Shown: positions 1-14,600, numbered from the stretch's first letter. The stretch is DNA of 64,000 bases from Eledone cirrhosa (GCA_964016885.1 OZ024743.1:263996001-264060000); one strand, 5' to 3'. Program-made: numbers and translations. Notes: generated from the letters alone by a model not told the origin.

Positions 1-2062
1 AGCCCTAACCAAATGCTCGTCCCACACAAAGCCGGCCAGTCTACCACGGCTGGCGGTTTTACCCTTCCAAGCGCTCTAAACCAACATAATAGAAAGAAGA
101 AGTTGATTCTTGGCGCATTGAATGTGCGCATCCTCATGGATAGGGAAACCTCCTTGAGGCCAGAGAGACGAACTGCCCTCATAGCGAGGGAATTAGCTCG
201 CTACCGGATCGACAGACACGCCGAAGAAGGATCAATAGCAGAACCGAATGGAGGCTACAACTTCTTCTGGAAGTGCAATGTAAAGGACGAGGAGAGAATC
301 CACGGGGTAGGCCTGGCTATCAGGACTTCGCTCTGCAAGCAGCTACCAGGCCTCCCAACACCTGTGAGGGAGCGGCTGATGAAGCTCCACTTCCCCCTCG
401 GCCTATCTCGGCATGTCACAGTCATCAGCGCGTATCCCTCCACTCTCACCAACAGCGATGAAGCAAAGGACGCTTTCTACGGGGAGCTCAAGGCACTCGT
501 GAAGGGCGTCCCCACAAGCGATAAACTCATCCTACTGGGGGACTTCAACGCAGGAGTCGGGTCTGACAGCAGCAACTGGAGAGGCGTGCTGGGACCTCAC
601 GGCACAGGGAAGCTGAACTCTAACGGCCTTATCTGTTGAGTTTATGCACCTTCACCATCACACTGTTCCGCCAAGCAGACAAGTTCAAGACAACATGGAT
701 GCATCCCAGATCCAAACAGTGGCCTCTGATTGACTTTGCCATATATCGCAGGAGGGACATCCGTGACGTCAGAATCACCAGGGCCATGCGTGGTGCAGAG
801 TGTTGGACCGACCATCGCCTGGTCAGGACCATCCTGTCACTGCACATCACCCCGGCGCATCGCAAGACTCCGAAAGTCAGTAGGCCAGCTTTCGACGTCG
901 CATGACTCACGCAGCCAGAGCATCGTGATGCGTTCGCGGAAGACCCGGACGGCCGGCTGACTGCCCATGGACCACTGACCGGACCCCCAACTCAACAGTG
1001 GGACCAGTTCAGGTCGCTGGTGACAGAGTCAGGCAAGGCAACCATCGGGGCGAGGAAGAAAGTCCACCAGGGCTGTTTTGATGAAAACAATGAGCGCATC
1101 AGACAACTGCTGGACGAAAAGAGGAGGGCTTTCATTGAGTGGCAGAATGACAGCTCCTCCACCTCGAAGCACGACCGCTTCAAACACCTCCAGAGGCAAA
1201 CCCAAGCAGTGCTACGCAGAATGCAGGACGAGTGATCGGAAAAGAAAGCCGAAGTCGAGAGATACGCTGACATAAAGAACTCCAAGATGTTCTTCAGCGC
1301 CATCGAGGACGTCTACGGAACCCCCAAGCCTGTCACCACACTGATCCTGTCTGCTGACGGCTCGACCCTGCTGAAGGAGAAGAGCAGCATCAACTCGAGG
1401 TGGAGAGAGAACTTCAGCAACCTGCTCAACAAGCCCTCCACTGTCGACCCTCCCGCCCTCAACCAGGTCCCACAGAAACCCGTAGTCAGCAGCCTCAACC
1501 TCCCTCGACGTTGGATGAAGTCACGAAGGCAATCAACCAGATCAGCTCAGGATAGTCCCCTGGGAAGGACGAGATTCCTGCCGAGATCTTCAAGTTGGCT
1601 AGTCCAGCTGCACTGGGGGCATTCCACACCCTCCCCACCAGCATATGGGAGGAGGAAGAGATGCCCAAAGACTTCAGGGATGCCACAGTTGTCTTGCTTT
1701 TTAAGAACAAAGGCAGCAAAACTGACTGAGGCAACTATCGCGGCATCTCTCTCCTGTTCATCGCTGGGAAGGTTCTTGCTCGGGTCATGCTCAACCCCCT
1801 CATCACCAACATCTCGGAGGACAACCTGCCTGAGGCTGAGCGTGGGTTCTCCCCAAACGGCAGCACGGTCGACACGATCTTCCCTGTACGCCAGGTACAA
1901 GAGAAGTGTGTCGAGCTGAACATGGACCTCTTTGCCGTCTTCATAGACTTGACGAAGGCCTTCGAGGCCCTCTGGTCGATCCTGTCGAAGTTTGGATGCC
2001 CGACCAAGTTCGTGAACCTGATACGGCAATTCCATGACGACATGACCGGGCATGTGCGCTCG
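1..2062 (+). mobile_element. Degraded RTE-clade non-LTR retrotransposon (AP endonuclease plus N-terminal part of RT), 3'-truncated
   Basis: ORF pieces 13-639 (APE motifs GALNVR, ERRTALIARELARY, LLGDFNA), 636-905 (TTWMHPRSKQW, ECWTDH) and 1787-2155 (AVFIDLTKAF); several stops and frameshifts. Confidence 0.9.
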
Positions 2063-2277
2063 AGTGAAGAGGCATCGGATTTGTACTACACCTTGACAAC
2101 CAAGGGCGTGTGTCCTCTCGCAACTGCCACTGTCCGACCTACAAGCACTAGTTGAAGATACATTGACTGAAATAGCGTGAAATAAGATGTTTTGCTGAAG
2201 AACACAACGTGCCACCGAGAATCAATCTAAGGACCTTAAAACCGTGAGCCGAACGCTCTAACTACTAAACCACACAT
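2063..2277 (-). mobile_element. tRNA-derived SINE truncating the RTE
   Basis: Minus strand reads GTGTGGTTTAGTAGTTAGAGCGTTCGGCTCACG...TTCAGCAAAACATCTTATTTCACG, similar to the plus-strand copy at 49150-49370. Confidence 0.55.
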
Positions 2278-2278
2278 T

Positions 2279-2288
<10 letters not shown>

Positions 2289-2372
<84 letters not shown>

Positions 2373-2424
2373 ACATACATACATACATACATACATACAT
2401 ACATACATACATACATACATACAT
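2289..2424. repeat. (CA)n followed by (CATA)n microsatellite
   Basis: Seen directly. Confidence 0.98.
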
Positions 2425-2590
2425 GGTGGCTGCCAACTCGTTTTCGAGTACGGCCACAACTTTATATCCATGTAGGAGAACCCCTACCGATGCACTGAAC
2501 GAGTGTGACTTTTTAGTCCAGCCAGTGACTTGAAAACTCTGGTACAAACACTACACCTGTGACAATTATTGACACATAGTGCTAGGCCAA
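2425..2590 (+). mobile_element. Short (about 165 bp) non-coding element inserted in (CATA)n
   Basis: Flanked on both sides by (CATA)n. The 5' hairpin GGCTG..CTCG-nnnn-CGAG..GCC recurs at 2614-2655 and 57676-57713, each time directly after (CATA)n. Confidence 0.55.
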
Positions 2591-2671
2591 TACATACATA
2601 CATACATACATGATGATGGCTGCCCCCTCGTTATCGAGTATAGCCATTGCACGAGAAAAAATAAAAAATAA

Positions 2672-2720
<49 letters not shown>
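2672..2720. repeat. (TAA)n microsatellite
   Basis: Seen directly. Confidence 0.97.
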
Positions 2721-2721
<1 letters not shown>

Positions 2722-3271
2722 GGGAATATGTCAACACAAAATATAATAAAAATATATATTAAACATACGAACACAAACACATAGATACTACATATCAGTA
2801 ACCACAACGCCACCGCTGCCACCACACCACCCCATCCATCATTGCTACCACTATCCCATCGTCGCTGCCACCACTCCTTCAATGCTACCACCACTATTCC
2901 CCTGTTAACTTGAGAGAGAATGGGGAAGGTGGCGGTATCACTAGACAAGGGAGAGGCTAGCAAAAGATATAAATAGATTGACTTAGTGACCTGGCCACCG
3001 GCCAAACGTCAACATCAACAACTATGGGACTGCTGGCTCACCCCTTCCTCACCAACAATATAAAAAGCCCCGGCACCACCACCGACATAGCCAACAACAA
3101 TAACAGCCAACTACAACAAGAAGTATATTATATTATTGTAATGCACTGGGTGATTGCTGGCCTTGTGCCTGGAGTGGAGACAATTATAAATAATTTTATT
3201 CTTAAGCCACGCAATGCTCACATTAAGGAACCACTCATGATAATAACAATTTAAAAAAACAACAAAAAGAA

Positions 3272-6200
3272 AACCCCGTGACCAAGAAATACCGGGATGG
3301 CGGCCGGCGGGGAATAGCCGTGTCTCTAGGGGAGAACGACCCCTCTAGTCTTGGTTGATACTCGTTCTAGAAGTGGTAACACGAAATGATTACCCCTTGG
3401 CGGATAAGGATAAAACGCGACAAAATAAAGTAAATGTCTAATGATAAAATCTCATACCGGATCGGCCGTCACCCGGGTAAAAAAGGGCCGCGTCCCTCAG
3501 AGAGGAACCAGACTGGAGTCGAAAAATCAGCTAATGGTTCAAACCTTCCCATCACTTCGGAGCTGGAGACCTCCCATAACCGGAATACTCCCACTGTTGG
3601 CCCTCCATGCTCACCACCAAGAAATCCAAAGAAAAAGAGAGAAAAATGGTCAAGGGAAGATTATAAAGAAGTCCTTGAGGCTTTCTACACTGCCATGTAC
3701 TACCCATCAAATACATCGAATACAGAACAGACATATATCAACTGGAAAAAGAAACATCCCGAAAACAGAGGCTATATTGACAGTAACAAACTAGCCAATA
3801 TACGAAGAAATATTGTAAGAAAAAAGTTACTAACTGATATAGAAATTGATCAGATCAAGCTATTAGAACAAAGTCAGCGAAAAGAAAATGAAACATGTGT
3901 CAGTGAAAACGAGGTAAACTGTAACACTTCGAACCCCAGGGTTGGAGCGGAATCACTGGCAACAGAACAAATTAAAGAAAGGATCGAAAAAGTGGAGGGA
4001 GTGCATGCTCAGGATGAAACTCCAAATGAAAATAATGAGATCGTAAATGATAAAGAAATGAATGAGAATGAACTTGCCAACTTGAAGGATGAAATTATGA
4101 TCGAATGGATGAAAATGAAAGAATCTGACATGGGGGAACGAGACACCCTCCCTAAGATCCAGAACTCCAAACAGAGCCAAAAGATAATACACAAGACTAA
4201 CATAATTCTCAAAAACATTATCATCACAAACAAACTAAACATTACTGATTTAAATCATCTCTATTATGCATCGGCTAAAGTCACCACTCACTTATGTGGA
4301 GTGAAGATGAAAAAACAAAGGAATTCCCACAAGAAATCTACTTGGCAAGAGAACATCAATCGCCAAATAAACCTTCTCCGATCTGACATAGAAATTTTAA
4401 CAAACTATAAAGTAGGTGAACATGTTAAACAAACTAAACTTAGAAAATTGAAAAAAAAGTACAGTATAAAATCAACATGTGACATAGACATGCTGATAGA
4501 AATAATCAAGCAAAAAGTGTCGCCCAAAGCTGCTCGTATAAGGCGCTTTGAAAAACGATCTAGATTCTATAAGGACAATAATATGTTCAAAAACAACCAA
4601 AGAAACTTCTACAGAAAAATTGGTAAGTCAACAATAACTGCTAAATACATACCACCCAAGGAGGAAGTGCAAGAATTCTGGGAAAAGAGCTAGGCCGAAG
4701 AAAAAGTTCATAACATACATGCCCCATGGATAGACAGACAAATGAAAGATACAGCTCACCTTGAGGAACAAACATGGGAAAATATAACAGTTGAACAGTT
4801 GCGCTTGGCTCTAAGAAAAACCAGCAAATGGAAATCCCCAGGAAAAGACAAAATACAAAACTTTTGGATAAATGCCTTCACAGAGTCTCATGAGCTGTTA
4901 GCCCAACTTTACAATGAAATAGTTAAGGAGCCAGAAAAGATACCATCATGGCTAGTTAACGGCATTACATTCCTGCTTCCGAAGAATGATGAGACAAACA
5001 ATCCCAAAAATTACAGACCGATAACTTGCTTGACCACAATGTATAAAATTTTAACATCAGTCCTAACTGAATACACATATGACCACCTGATAACAAATGA
5101 CCTATTTCCCATTGAGCAGAAAGGGTGTAAACGAGGCTCATATGGCTGTAAGGATCAGCTTCTGGTTAACAAAATGATACTGGAAGATTGTCATAATAGA
5201 CACAAAAATCTATCGATTGCTTGGATAGATTATAAAAAAGCATTCGATAGTTTGCCACACAGTTGGATTGAAAAATGTTTAGAGATTTTCAAAATATCCC
5301 CCGTTGTCAGGAGATTTTTGTCATTCAGTATGAAGACATGGAAAACGACACTCCTTTTGAATAGAGAAACAAAATCACTGGAAGCTGGAGAAGTTAATAT
5401 TAATTGTGGAATTTTTCAGGCTGACTCTTTATCACCGCTTTTATTCTGCATCGCACTTATACCATTAAGTAAAATGCTCAATGAAACAAAACATGGATAT
5501 AAAGTCTATGACAAAACCATTAATCACCTGTTCTACATGGATGACCTGAAACTATTTGCAAAAAATGATGAACAATTGCAAGGGCTATTATCCACTGTGA
5601 AGCAGTTCAGTGATGACATTAAAATGGAGTTTGGACTAGATAAATGCGCCAAAGCAACGTTCCCCAGAGGAAAGCTGCTGAAGAGTTCAGACATTAATCT
5701 TGATCGGGGGAACGTGATAAGAGAACTTGATCAAGAAAAAACTTACAAATATCTAGGTGTTTGTGAAGGAGACAGAATCAAGCACTCGACAATGAGGGAA
5801 AGGATAAGGAAGGAATGTTACCGTAGAGTAAGAGCAATCTTAAGAACGGAATTGAATGCAAGGAATAGGATCGATGCCATAAACACGCTTGCCATACCAG
5901 TAGTAACCTACAGTTACAATGTCATCAACTGGTCAAGCACAGAGATCCGTAGGCTCGATACAAAAATTAGAAAATTCTTAACCATGCACAGAATGCATCA
6001 CCCTAAGGCAGACATAGATAGAATATTTCTCCCTAGGAAAGAAGGAGGACGTGGGTTGGTCCAGTTAGACATTGCGTTGAAAACTGCAACAATTGGATTA
6101 TCCACATATCTAAGGGAATCACATGATTGGATGATCAAACTCGTTTTGAAACACGAAAGCATCAAAAGATCATACTCCATTACAAAAGATGCACAAAGTT

Positions 6201-7225
6201 ACAGTAATGGACTACAAATTTCAGAAGTTCCATTTACTGCTGAAATGGAAAACACAGAAAAAGCAAAGCAGGTAAAAGTAACTGCAAAGAAAGAACTGCT
6301 ACAGAAACTGGCTAAGAAATGGCAAGAAAAGCCTCTGTATGGAAAATACCCAGAGCGAGCTAACAATCCTGATGTTGACAAAACTTTAACCCATCAGTGT
6401 TGGCATCCTCTGGACTGAAATCGGAGACTGAAGGACTGATTATATCGGCACAAGATCAGTGTCTGCCAACAAAAAATTACCAAGCCAACATAATAAAAAA
6501 TAGATGCAACCCATTATGCCGTGTATGCAAAAAACAACCAGAGACCATTGACCATATAATTTCAATGTGCAGTCCTATAGCTCCAACCGAATACCTAAAC
6601 AGGCATGACAGAGCTGCACAATACATATATTGGATAATGTGTAAGCATTTTGACCTGCCCCATCAAAATAATTGGTGGGAGCATCAACCACCTCCCATAC
6701 TTGAAAAAGATCACATCTCAATCTTGTGGAACTTTAGCATCCAAACAGACGAACAATAGATGCAAATAGACCTGATATAATACTGAACGACTTTAAAACG
6801 AGGATATGCCTGCTAATTGATATGTCCGTTCTAATAGACAAGAATGTATCTATAAAAGCATTTGAAAAATTGAGCAAGTTTAAGACTTGGAGATTGAAAT
6901 TGGAAAAATTTGGAAATTGAGAACTAAAACAATACCAGTGGTTGTAAGCGCTCTGGGAATGATACCTAAGGGGTCTAATGACTACTTATCGCAAATCCCT
7001 AGGAAACCCGCGTATAGGAGAAATACAAAAGATAGTACTAATGGGAACTGCCCATATACTAAGGAAGATTCTGTCTATATAAGTACATCACAAGTCTAAA
7101 CACTAAAGATGCATGTGTGTTTATGTAGGTTCTTTCTTGAACATGGTGGATCTTGTTGTCTCTTGAGGACACTGGTTGTGACTTGGTGATATCTCGTATG
7201 AACATAAAGCAAGATAAAGAAAAAA
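3272..7225 (+). mobile_element. R4/Dong-type non-LTR retrotransposon, family A (single ORF: RT, CCHC, RLE), near full length
   Basis: [40 protein letters not shown]-x-ETIDHI-x-C and the RLE motif RPDII; A-rich 3' end. Boundaries approximate. Confidence 0.9.
3434..7082 (+). pseudogene. Disrupted RT-RLE polyprotein of Dong family A
   Basis: ORFs 3434-4693, 4742-6418, 6397-6759 and 6887-7099 join through one premature TAG and several frameshifts. Confidence 0.88.
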
Positions 7226-7229
7226 ACGT

Positions 7230-10200
7230 AAAGAAAAAAAACGTAAAGAAAATAAGAATGAAGGGAGAAACAAACGGACGGACAGAGAAAGGAAGGGAAA
7301 AACTAAGTCAGAGATTCGAAGACTACATTACAATGAAACTTATGCTTATTCATTTTTGGGGTTTTTTCTGCCTGTTTGTTTGTTTGTTTATTTGTGTTCG
7401 TCTACAGCGTGATAATGCCACACAAGAGTCACACACATGGAGTGACGCAACCACCGGAGGCGGTGAATCAACCGGTGGTTATGTAACCATACATTCGTCA
7501 ATCCTCGATAAGAGTGTTTAAATGTCGAACCTAAACAGTTCGAATAACGGTGAAATGGAGACTAGAACGTCATGTGACAGACTCTCACCCAACAGGTGCT
7601 CCCTGGCTCAGCAGCAGGGACCTGGCTGTCAACCAAATACTGCTGGTGTCGGAGGAAGAAGTAGAAGGAAAGGGACCAGAACCAACTGGACGAAAGAATT
7701 GAATAGACCTGTTATGTAATGTTACCTGAAAAGTAACCCCAAGGAGAGGGGCTATAGGAAACGGATGCAGAACATCTGGAACGAGATTGGTCTATTTAAA
7801 TTAGATGAACAAAAATTGGCCGGGCAGTCTCGGGTAATAAGAACTAATGGGTGGATAAGCGAGCTGGAACTGGAGGAACTGAGCAGAGAGATTAGCTTGG
7901 AGATGGAGGGTGGAGTATGCCAGGCAAACGAGCCAGTGGGAAATGAAGGTGAAGAGGTCGAGAGAACGGAGGAACCACCCGAAGCAGACAATGATCTGAA
8001 TACTGAAATAAATAATACCTGGAACAGAGATACGGCCACTGAGGAGATGAATGCTGACGGGCTAGGACAAGATTTGGTTGATATCCTAAATTTAGTGGTA
8101 GATCAATTGAACAATGATAGTGGGAGACCTATGAAATTAAGATTTGTAGACAGGAAAAAGTTAAAAGAAACAACAGCTAAGGTAAACAAAGTCATCCCAT
8201 ACCTTGAGGCGAGGAGCCTTCACCAGTGCAACAATATCCTCAAAGCAACAGCAAATACGGTGAGGAAACTACTTGGTATAAAAGCGAGAGGAAACAACAG
8301 ACAAGAAAGAGCAGAGCCTTGGTGGAAGAAACGACTGAGTGGTCAAATCAGGGAAATGAGAAATGACATTGGAAAGCTTGAGTCCCTACTGAATGGGACA
8401 CTAAAAAACATAGACACTAAAAATAGACTGGAAATAAAGTACAAAACTAGGAGGAAAAAGCTAAATATTATCATAGAGGACCTGAAGCAACGCATTGTAG
8501 GAAAGAGTGCAAAAATCAGGCGATACGAGAACAGAGTCAGTCAGTATAAACAGAAACGCATGTTCGACAACAACAAGAAGATGCTGTTTGGACAGCTTGA
8601 AGGGAAAGAAAGAGGCAACGACTTGATCCCTGAGGCGGAACAAACTAAAACATTCTGGAGAGGAATATGGGAGCAGGATGTTAGACATAATGACCAGGCA
8701 GTGTGGATTGAGACAGTACAGAAGGAGATTAGTGAACAGGCACACCAACAAACTGATTTGAGTATCACAGTTGAAACTCTTAAGGGACAGGCCAAAAAAC
8801 TAACCAACTGGAAATCACCAGGCCCAGATGGTGTGCAGGGGTATTGGATTCAAATTATAACATCCTTCCACCCGAAACTGACAACCATGTTCAATGATTG
8901 CTTGATGTCAGGTGAGGTACCAGAGTGGTTGACAAAAGGTACCACAGTTCTGGTAATGAAAGACCGAATCAAGGGTAATGATGTTACCAACTATAGACCT
9001 ATCACGTCTGTCCGTAATGTGGAAACTGTTGACGAGCATTGTGTCTGAGGAAATCTACCATCACCTCCACACAAACAACTTGTTACCGGACGAACAGAAA
9101 GGATGCCGAAAGAAGTCACGTGGTACAAAGGACCAGTTACTTATTGATAAGATGGTAATGAGGAATTGCAATAGGAGACACACTGGTCTTGTCATGGGAT
9201 GGATAGACTACAGAAAGGCATTTGACATGGTGCCTCATTCTTGGATCACCAAAAGCCTGGAGATCTTCAAGGTGGCAGATAACATCAGACAGTTGTTGGG
9301 CAAAAAAAGTATGGGGTCCTGGGAAACAGAGTTGACATCAACTGGAGAATCCTTGGGAAGCGTGAAGATCAAGAGAGGTATCTTCCAGGGAGATAGCCTG
9401 TCCCCTCTGTTGTTTGTCCTTGCCCTGATGCCCCTGACCAGTGTACTGCGAAAAGTGAGAGCAGGATACGGGTTGGGAAAGGGAGGGCTTACCATCAATC
9501 ACCTCCTCTTCATGGACGATCTTAAGCTCTTCGGGAAGCGTGAGAAGGAGTTGGATGTGCTTGTTGACACTGTCCGTATTTTCAGCAGTGATATATGTAT
9601 GCAATTTGGTATTAGTAAGTGTGGAGTCATTGTGATGAGGAGGGGTAGGTTGAGCAGAAGTAGCGGAATCCAGATACCAACAGGTGAGACTATAAAGGAA
9701 ATTGACTCTGAGGAAGGATACAGGTATGTGGGCGTTCTGGAGGCTGATGGCATAAAGAACAAAAAAATGAAGGAATTGTTAAGAACTGAATACATTCGGA
9801 GAGTAAGGAGCGTATTGAAGTCACATCTGAACAGCAGAAATGCCATAAGTGCAGTAAATTCCCGAGCTGTGTCTATTATTAGGTACAGTGCTGGAATTCT
9901 GAGATGGAATGTTGCTTAACAAAAAGAAATGGATAGGAAGACTAGGAAGCTATTGACTATCTACAACATGTTCCACAAGAGGAGTGATGTCGATAGACTC
10001 TACTTAAGGAGATCTGAGGGCGGAAGAGGTCTTATCAGCATAGAGGACTGTATTCAGATGGAGAAAAACAAGCTACACAAATACGTAACTGATAGTAAGG
10101 AGCCAATGCTCAGAACTGTACTGAAGGAGGGGACAATAGGCCAGGGGATGTCCAAGGAGGAAATAACACCAAGGAGAAAGAGCAGCCTTCAGGAAAAATC

Positions 10201-11023
10201 CCTTCATAGTACCTTCTTTGAGAAAACTGAATTTAGAGATCCACAGACATGGAACTAGTTGAAAAGAGGAGACCTTAAAAAGGCTACAGAAGGAATGTTA
10301 ATGGCTGCGCAGGAGCAGGCCCTCAAAACGAAGTGTTTGAAACACCATATCTACAAGGAGGAGGCTAGCCCACTGTGCAGGATCTGTGGAGAGAGAGAGA
10401 AGACTGTGGCTCACATTGTATCCGAGTGTAAACACCTAGCCCAGACACACTATAAGGGCTAGAGACATGATATGATGGGCAGGGTGATCCACTGGCACCT
10501 GTGCAAAGTAAACAATTTACCACATCCTGATAAATGGTATGAGCATAAGCCAGAGGCGGTGATAGAGAACGATCAGGTGAAGGTGCTGTGGGATTTTAGG
10601 ATACAGACGGACAAGAAACTGGAACACAATAGACCTGACCTGGTGGTTGTGGACAAAGAAAAAAGATCGTGCCTGATTGTGGATGTGGCCTGCCCATTCG
10701 ACACGAGAGTGCAAGAGAAGGAGAGGGAGAAAATTAACCGATACCAGGACTTAAAGTGGGAGGTAAAAAGGATTTGGAACTGCCATGAAGTCAAAGTGAT
10801 CCCGATTGTCATAGGCGCACTGGGGACTATCTCCAAAAGTTTCCAGGGATGGTTAAAGAAAATCGGCCCCTTCACGCTTTTTGGAACGCTTCAAAAGGCA
10901 TGCTTGCTGGGAACAGCAAGAACCTCCGATACGTCCTGAATATCTGAGGCTGCAGGTAGTGGCTTGATATTCATTCCAACAAACTTTCCAGTTAACTAAC
11001 ATCAATGACTGAGATTCAAGGAG
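7230..11023 (+). mobile_element. R4/Dong-type non-LTR retrotransposon, family B copy 1 (disrupted ORF about 7522-10947)
   Basis: RT ([22 protein letters not shown]), CRIC-x-HIVSEC and RLE (HNRPDL, IVDVACPFD, EKINRYQDL); ends at (TAA)n 11024-11063. Confidence 0.92.
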
Positions 11024-11033
11024 TAATAACAAC

Positions 11034-11065
<32 letters not shown>

Positions 11066-11629
11066 TGAGGGAAGAAAACGCACATGTTGGATATATATCG
11101 TTATGGAATCGCGCCCGTAAGCTTTTGATTTTTACTTATTTAAAACAACTGTGATAGAATAATTCTTATTACAAATTAAATATAAAATTACAGTTTTGAC
11201 CCTCAGCAAGCGACAACGCATCACATTACGGCAAACGGCCCCAATATTTAATATTTAATTTTGGATCAGAAATGTTATAGTCGAAAAAGAGAAAAATGGT
11301 TAAGTGGACAGACAGTCATATAATTTCACCACCAACACCACCACCGCCACCATCACCACTACCACGCCACAAACTCTAGTCAAGTTACCTCAACTTCTCT
11401 TTCTACTTCAACTTCAACACCATCACTACAGTACTACTAGCACATCACCACCACCACTACCTCATTATCGCTACCACCGCTATTCTATCCCACTACCTCC
11501 TGCTAAGACAGGCATCGTAGTATTCCCACTAAATGGGGAAGGCATCAAAAGATATAAATAGACTGATTTGATGACCCGGTCAAAAAATCAAAAAAACAAA
11601 AATCAAAATCAAAACAGCAGAGCAGCAAC

Positions 11630-14600
11630 GAAAAACGTAAAGTAAAGAAAAGAAAAAAGAAAAGAAAAACAAACAGACAGACAGACAAGCAGAAAAACTA
11701 AGTCAGACATTCAAACATTACATTACAATGAAACTTATGCTTATTTTGGGGGGTTTTAACCTATTTGTTGGCTTGTTTATTTATGTTCGTCTACAACGTG
11801 ATAGAGCCACGCTAAAATCATCACCGGGGGTGATGAAATCACCAGTGGTTATGTAACCATACATTCACCAATCCTCGATAAGAGTGTTTCAATGTCGAAC
11901 CTAAACAGTTCGAATAACGGTGAAGTGGAGACTGGAATATCATGTGACAGACTCTCACCCAGCAGATCCTCCCTCGCTCAGCAGCAGGGACCTAGCTGTC
12001 AACCAAATACTGCTGGTGTCGGAGGAAGAAGTAGAAGGAAAAGGACCATACCAACTGGACGAAAGAATTGAATAGAACTGTTATGCAATGTTACCCGAAG
12101 AGTAACCCCATGGAAAAAGGCTATAGGATACGGATGCATAACATCTGGGACGAGATTGTTCTAATTAAATTAGATGAACAAAAATTGGCCGGGCAGGCTC
12201 GGGTAATAAGAACTAATGGGTGGATAAGCGAGCTGGAACTGGAGGAACTGAGCAGAGAGATTAGGTTGGAAATGGAGAGTGGAGTATGCCAGGCAAACGA
12301 GCCAGTGGGAAATGAGGGTGAAGAGGTTGAGAGAACGGAGGAACCATCCGAAGCAGACAATGATCTGAATGCTGAAATAAATAATACCTGGAACAGAGAT
12401 ACGGCCATTGATGAGATGAATGCTGACGGGCTAGGACAAGATTTGGTTGATATCCTAAACTTAGTGGTAGATGAAATGAACAATGATAGTGGGAAACCTA
12501 TGAAACTAAGATTTGTAGACAGGAAGAAGTTAAAAGAAACAACAGCTAAGGTAAACAAAGTCATCCCATACATTGAGGCGAGGAGCATTCACCAGTGCAT
12601 CATTATATCTCAAAGCAACAGCAAATGCGGTGAGGAAATTACTTGGCATAAAAGCGAGAGGAAACAACAAACAAGAAAGATCAGAACCTTGGTGGAAGAA
12701 ACGACTGAATGGTCAAATCAGGGAAATGAGAAATGACATTGGAAAGCTTGAGTCCCTACTGAAGGGGACACTAAAAAACATAGACACTAAAAATAGACTG
12801 GAAATAAAGTACAAAACTAGGAGGAAAAACTAAAAATTATCATAGAGGAACTGAAGCAACGCATTGTAGCAAAGAGTGCAAAAATTAGGCGATACGAGAG
12901 CAGAGTCAGTCTGTATAGATAGAACCGCATGTTAGACAACAACCAGAAGATGTTGTTTGCACAGCTTGAAGGGAAAGAAAGAGGCAACGACTTGATCCCT
13001 GAGGCGGAACAAACTAAGACATTCTGGGGATAAATATTGGAGGATGATGTTAAACATAATGACCAGGCAGTCTGGATTGAGACAGTACAAAAGGAGATTA
13101 GTGAACAGGCACACCAACAAACTGATTTGAGTATCACAGTTGAAACTCTTAAGGGGCAGGCCAAAAATCTAACCAACTGGAAATCACCAGGCGCAGATGG
13201 TCTGCAGGGGTATTGGATTCAAAATATAACAACCCTCCACCCGAAACTGACAACCATGTTCAATGACTGCTTGAGGTACCAGAGTGGTTGACAAAAGGTA
13301 CCACAGTTCTGGTAATGAAAGACCGAATCAAGGGTAATGATGTTACCAACTATAGACCTATCAGATGTCTGTCCGTAATGTGAGAACTGTTGACAAGCAT
13401 TGTGTCTGAGGAAATCTACCATCACCTCCACGCAAACAACTTGTTACCGGACGAACAGAAAGGATGCCGAAAGAAGTCCCGTGGTACAAAGGACCAGTTA
13501 CTCATTGATAAGATGGTAATGAGGAACTGCAAGAGGAGACACACTGGTCTTGCCATGGGATGGATAGACTACAAAAAGGCATTTGACATCGTGTCTCATT
13601 CTTGGATCACCGAAAGCCTAGAGATCTTCAAGGTGGCAGATAACATCAGACAGTTGTTGAGCAAAAGTATGAAGTCCTGGAAAACAGTGTTAACATCAGC
13701 TGGAGGATCCTTGGGAGACGTGAAGATCAAGAGAGGTATCTTCCAGGGAGATAGTCTGTCCCCTCTGTTGTTTGTCCTTGCCCTGATGCCCCTGACCATT
13801 ATACTGCGAAAAGTGAGAACCGGATACAATTTGGGAAAGGGAGAGCTTACCATCAGTCACCTCCGCTTCATGGACGATCTTAAGCTCTTCGGGAAGATTG
13901 AGAAGGAGTTGGATGTGCTTGTTGACACTGTCCGTATTTTCAGCAATGATATATGTATGCAATTTGGTATTAGTAAATTAGGAGTCCTTGTGATGAAGAG
14001 GGGTAAATTGAGCAGAAGCAAGGGAATCAAGGTACCAACAGGTGAGATGGTTGAGGAAATTTACACTGAAGAAGGATACAAGTATTTGGGTGTTCTGGAG
14101 GCTGATGACATCAAATGAAGGAATTGATAAGATCTGAATACATTCGGAGTGTAAGGAGCGTATTAAAGTCCCATCTGAACAGTAGGAATGCCATAAGTGC
14201 AGTAAATTCCCGAGCTGTGTCTATTATTAGGTACAGTGCGGGAATTCTGAGATGGAATGTTGCTGAACAAAAAGAAATGAATAGGAAGATTAGGAAGCTA
14301 TTGACTATCTACAACATGTTCCACAAGAGGAGTGATGTCGATAGACTCTACTTAAGGAGATCTGAAGGTGGAAGAGGTCTTATCAGCATAGAGGACTGTG
14401 TTCAGATGGAGAAAAACAATCTACACAAATACGTGACTGATAGTAAGGAGCCAATGTTCAGAATTGTACTGAAGGAGAGGACAATAGACGAGGGGATGTC
14501 CAAGGAGGAAATAACAACAAGGAGAAAGAGCAGCCTTCAGGAAAAATCCCTTCATAGTACCTTCTTTAAGAAAACTGAAGTCAGAGATCCACAGACATGG

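Noticed and set aside
7400-7520. HDV-like ribozyme in the Dong family B leader
   Set aside because: Only a simple hairpin (ACCACCGG/CCGGTGGT) is visible; the nested HDV pseudoknot could not be fitted.
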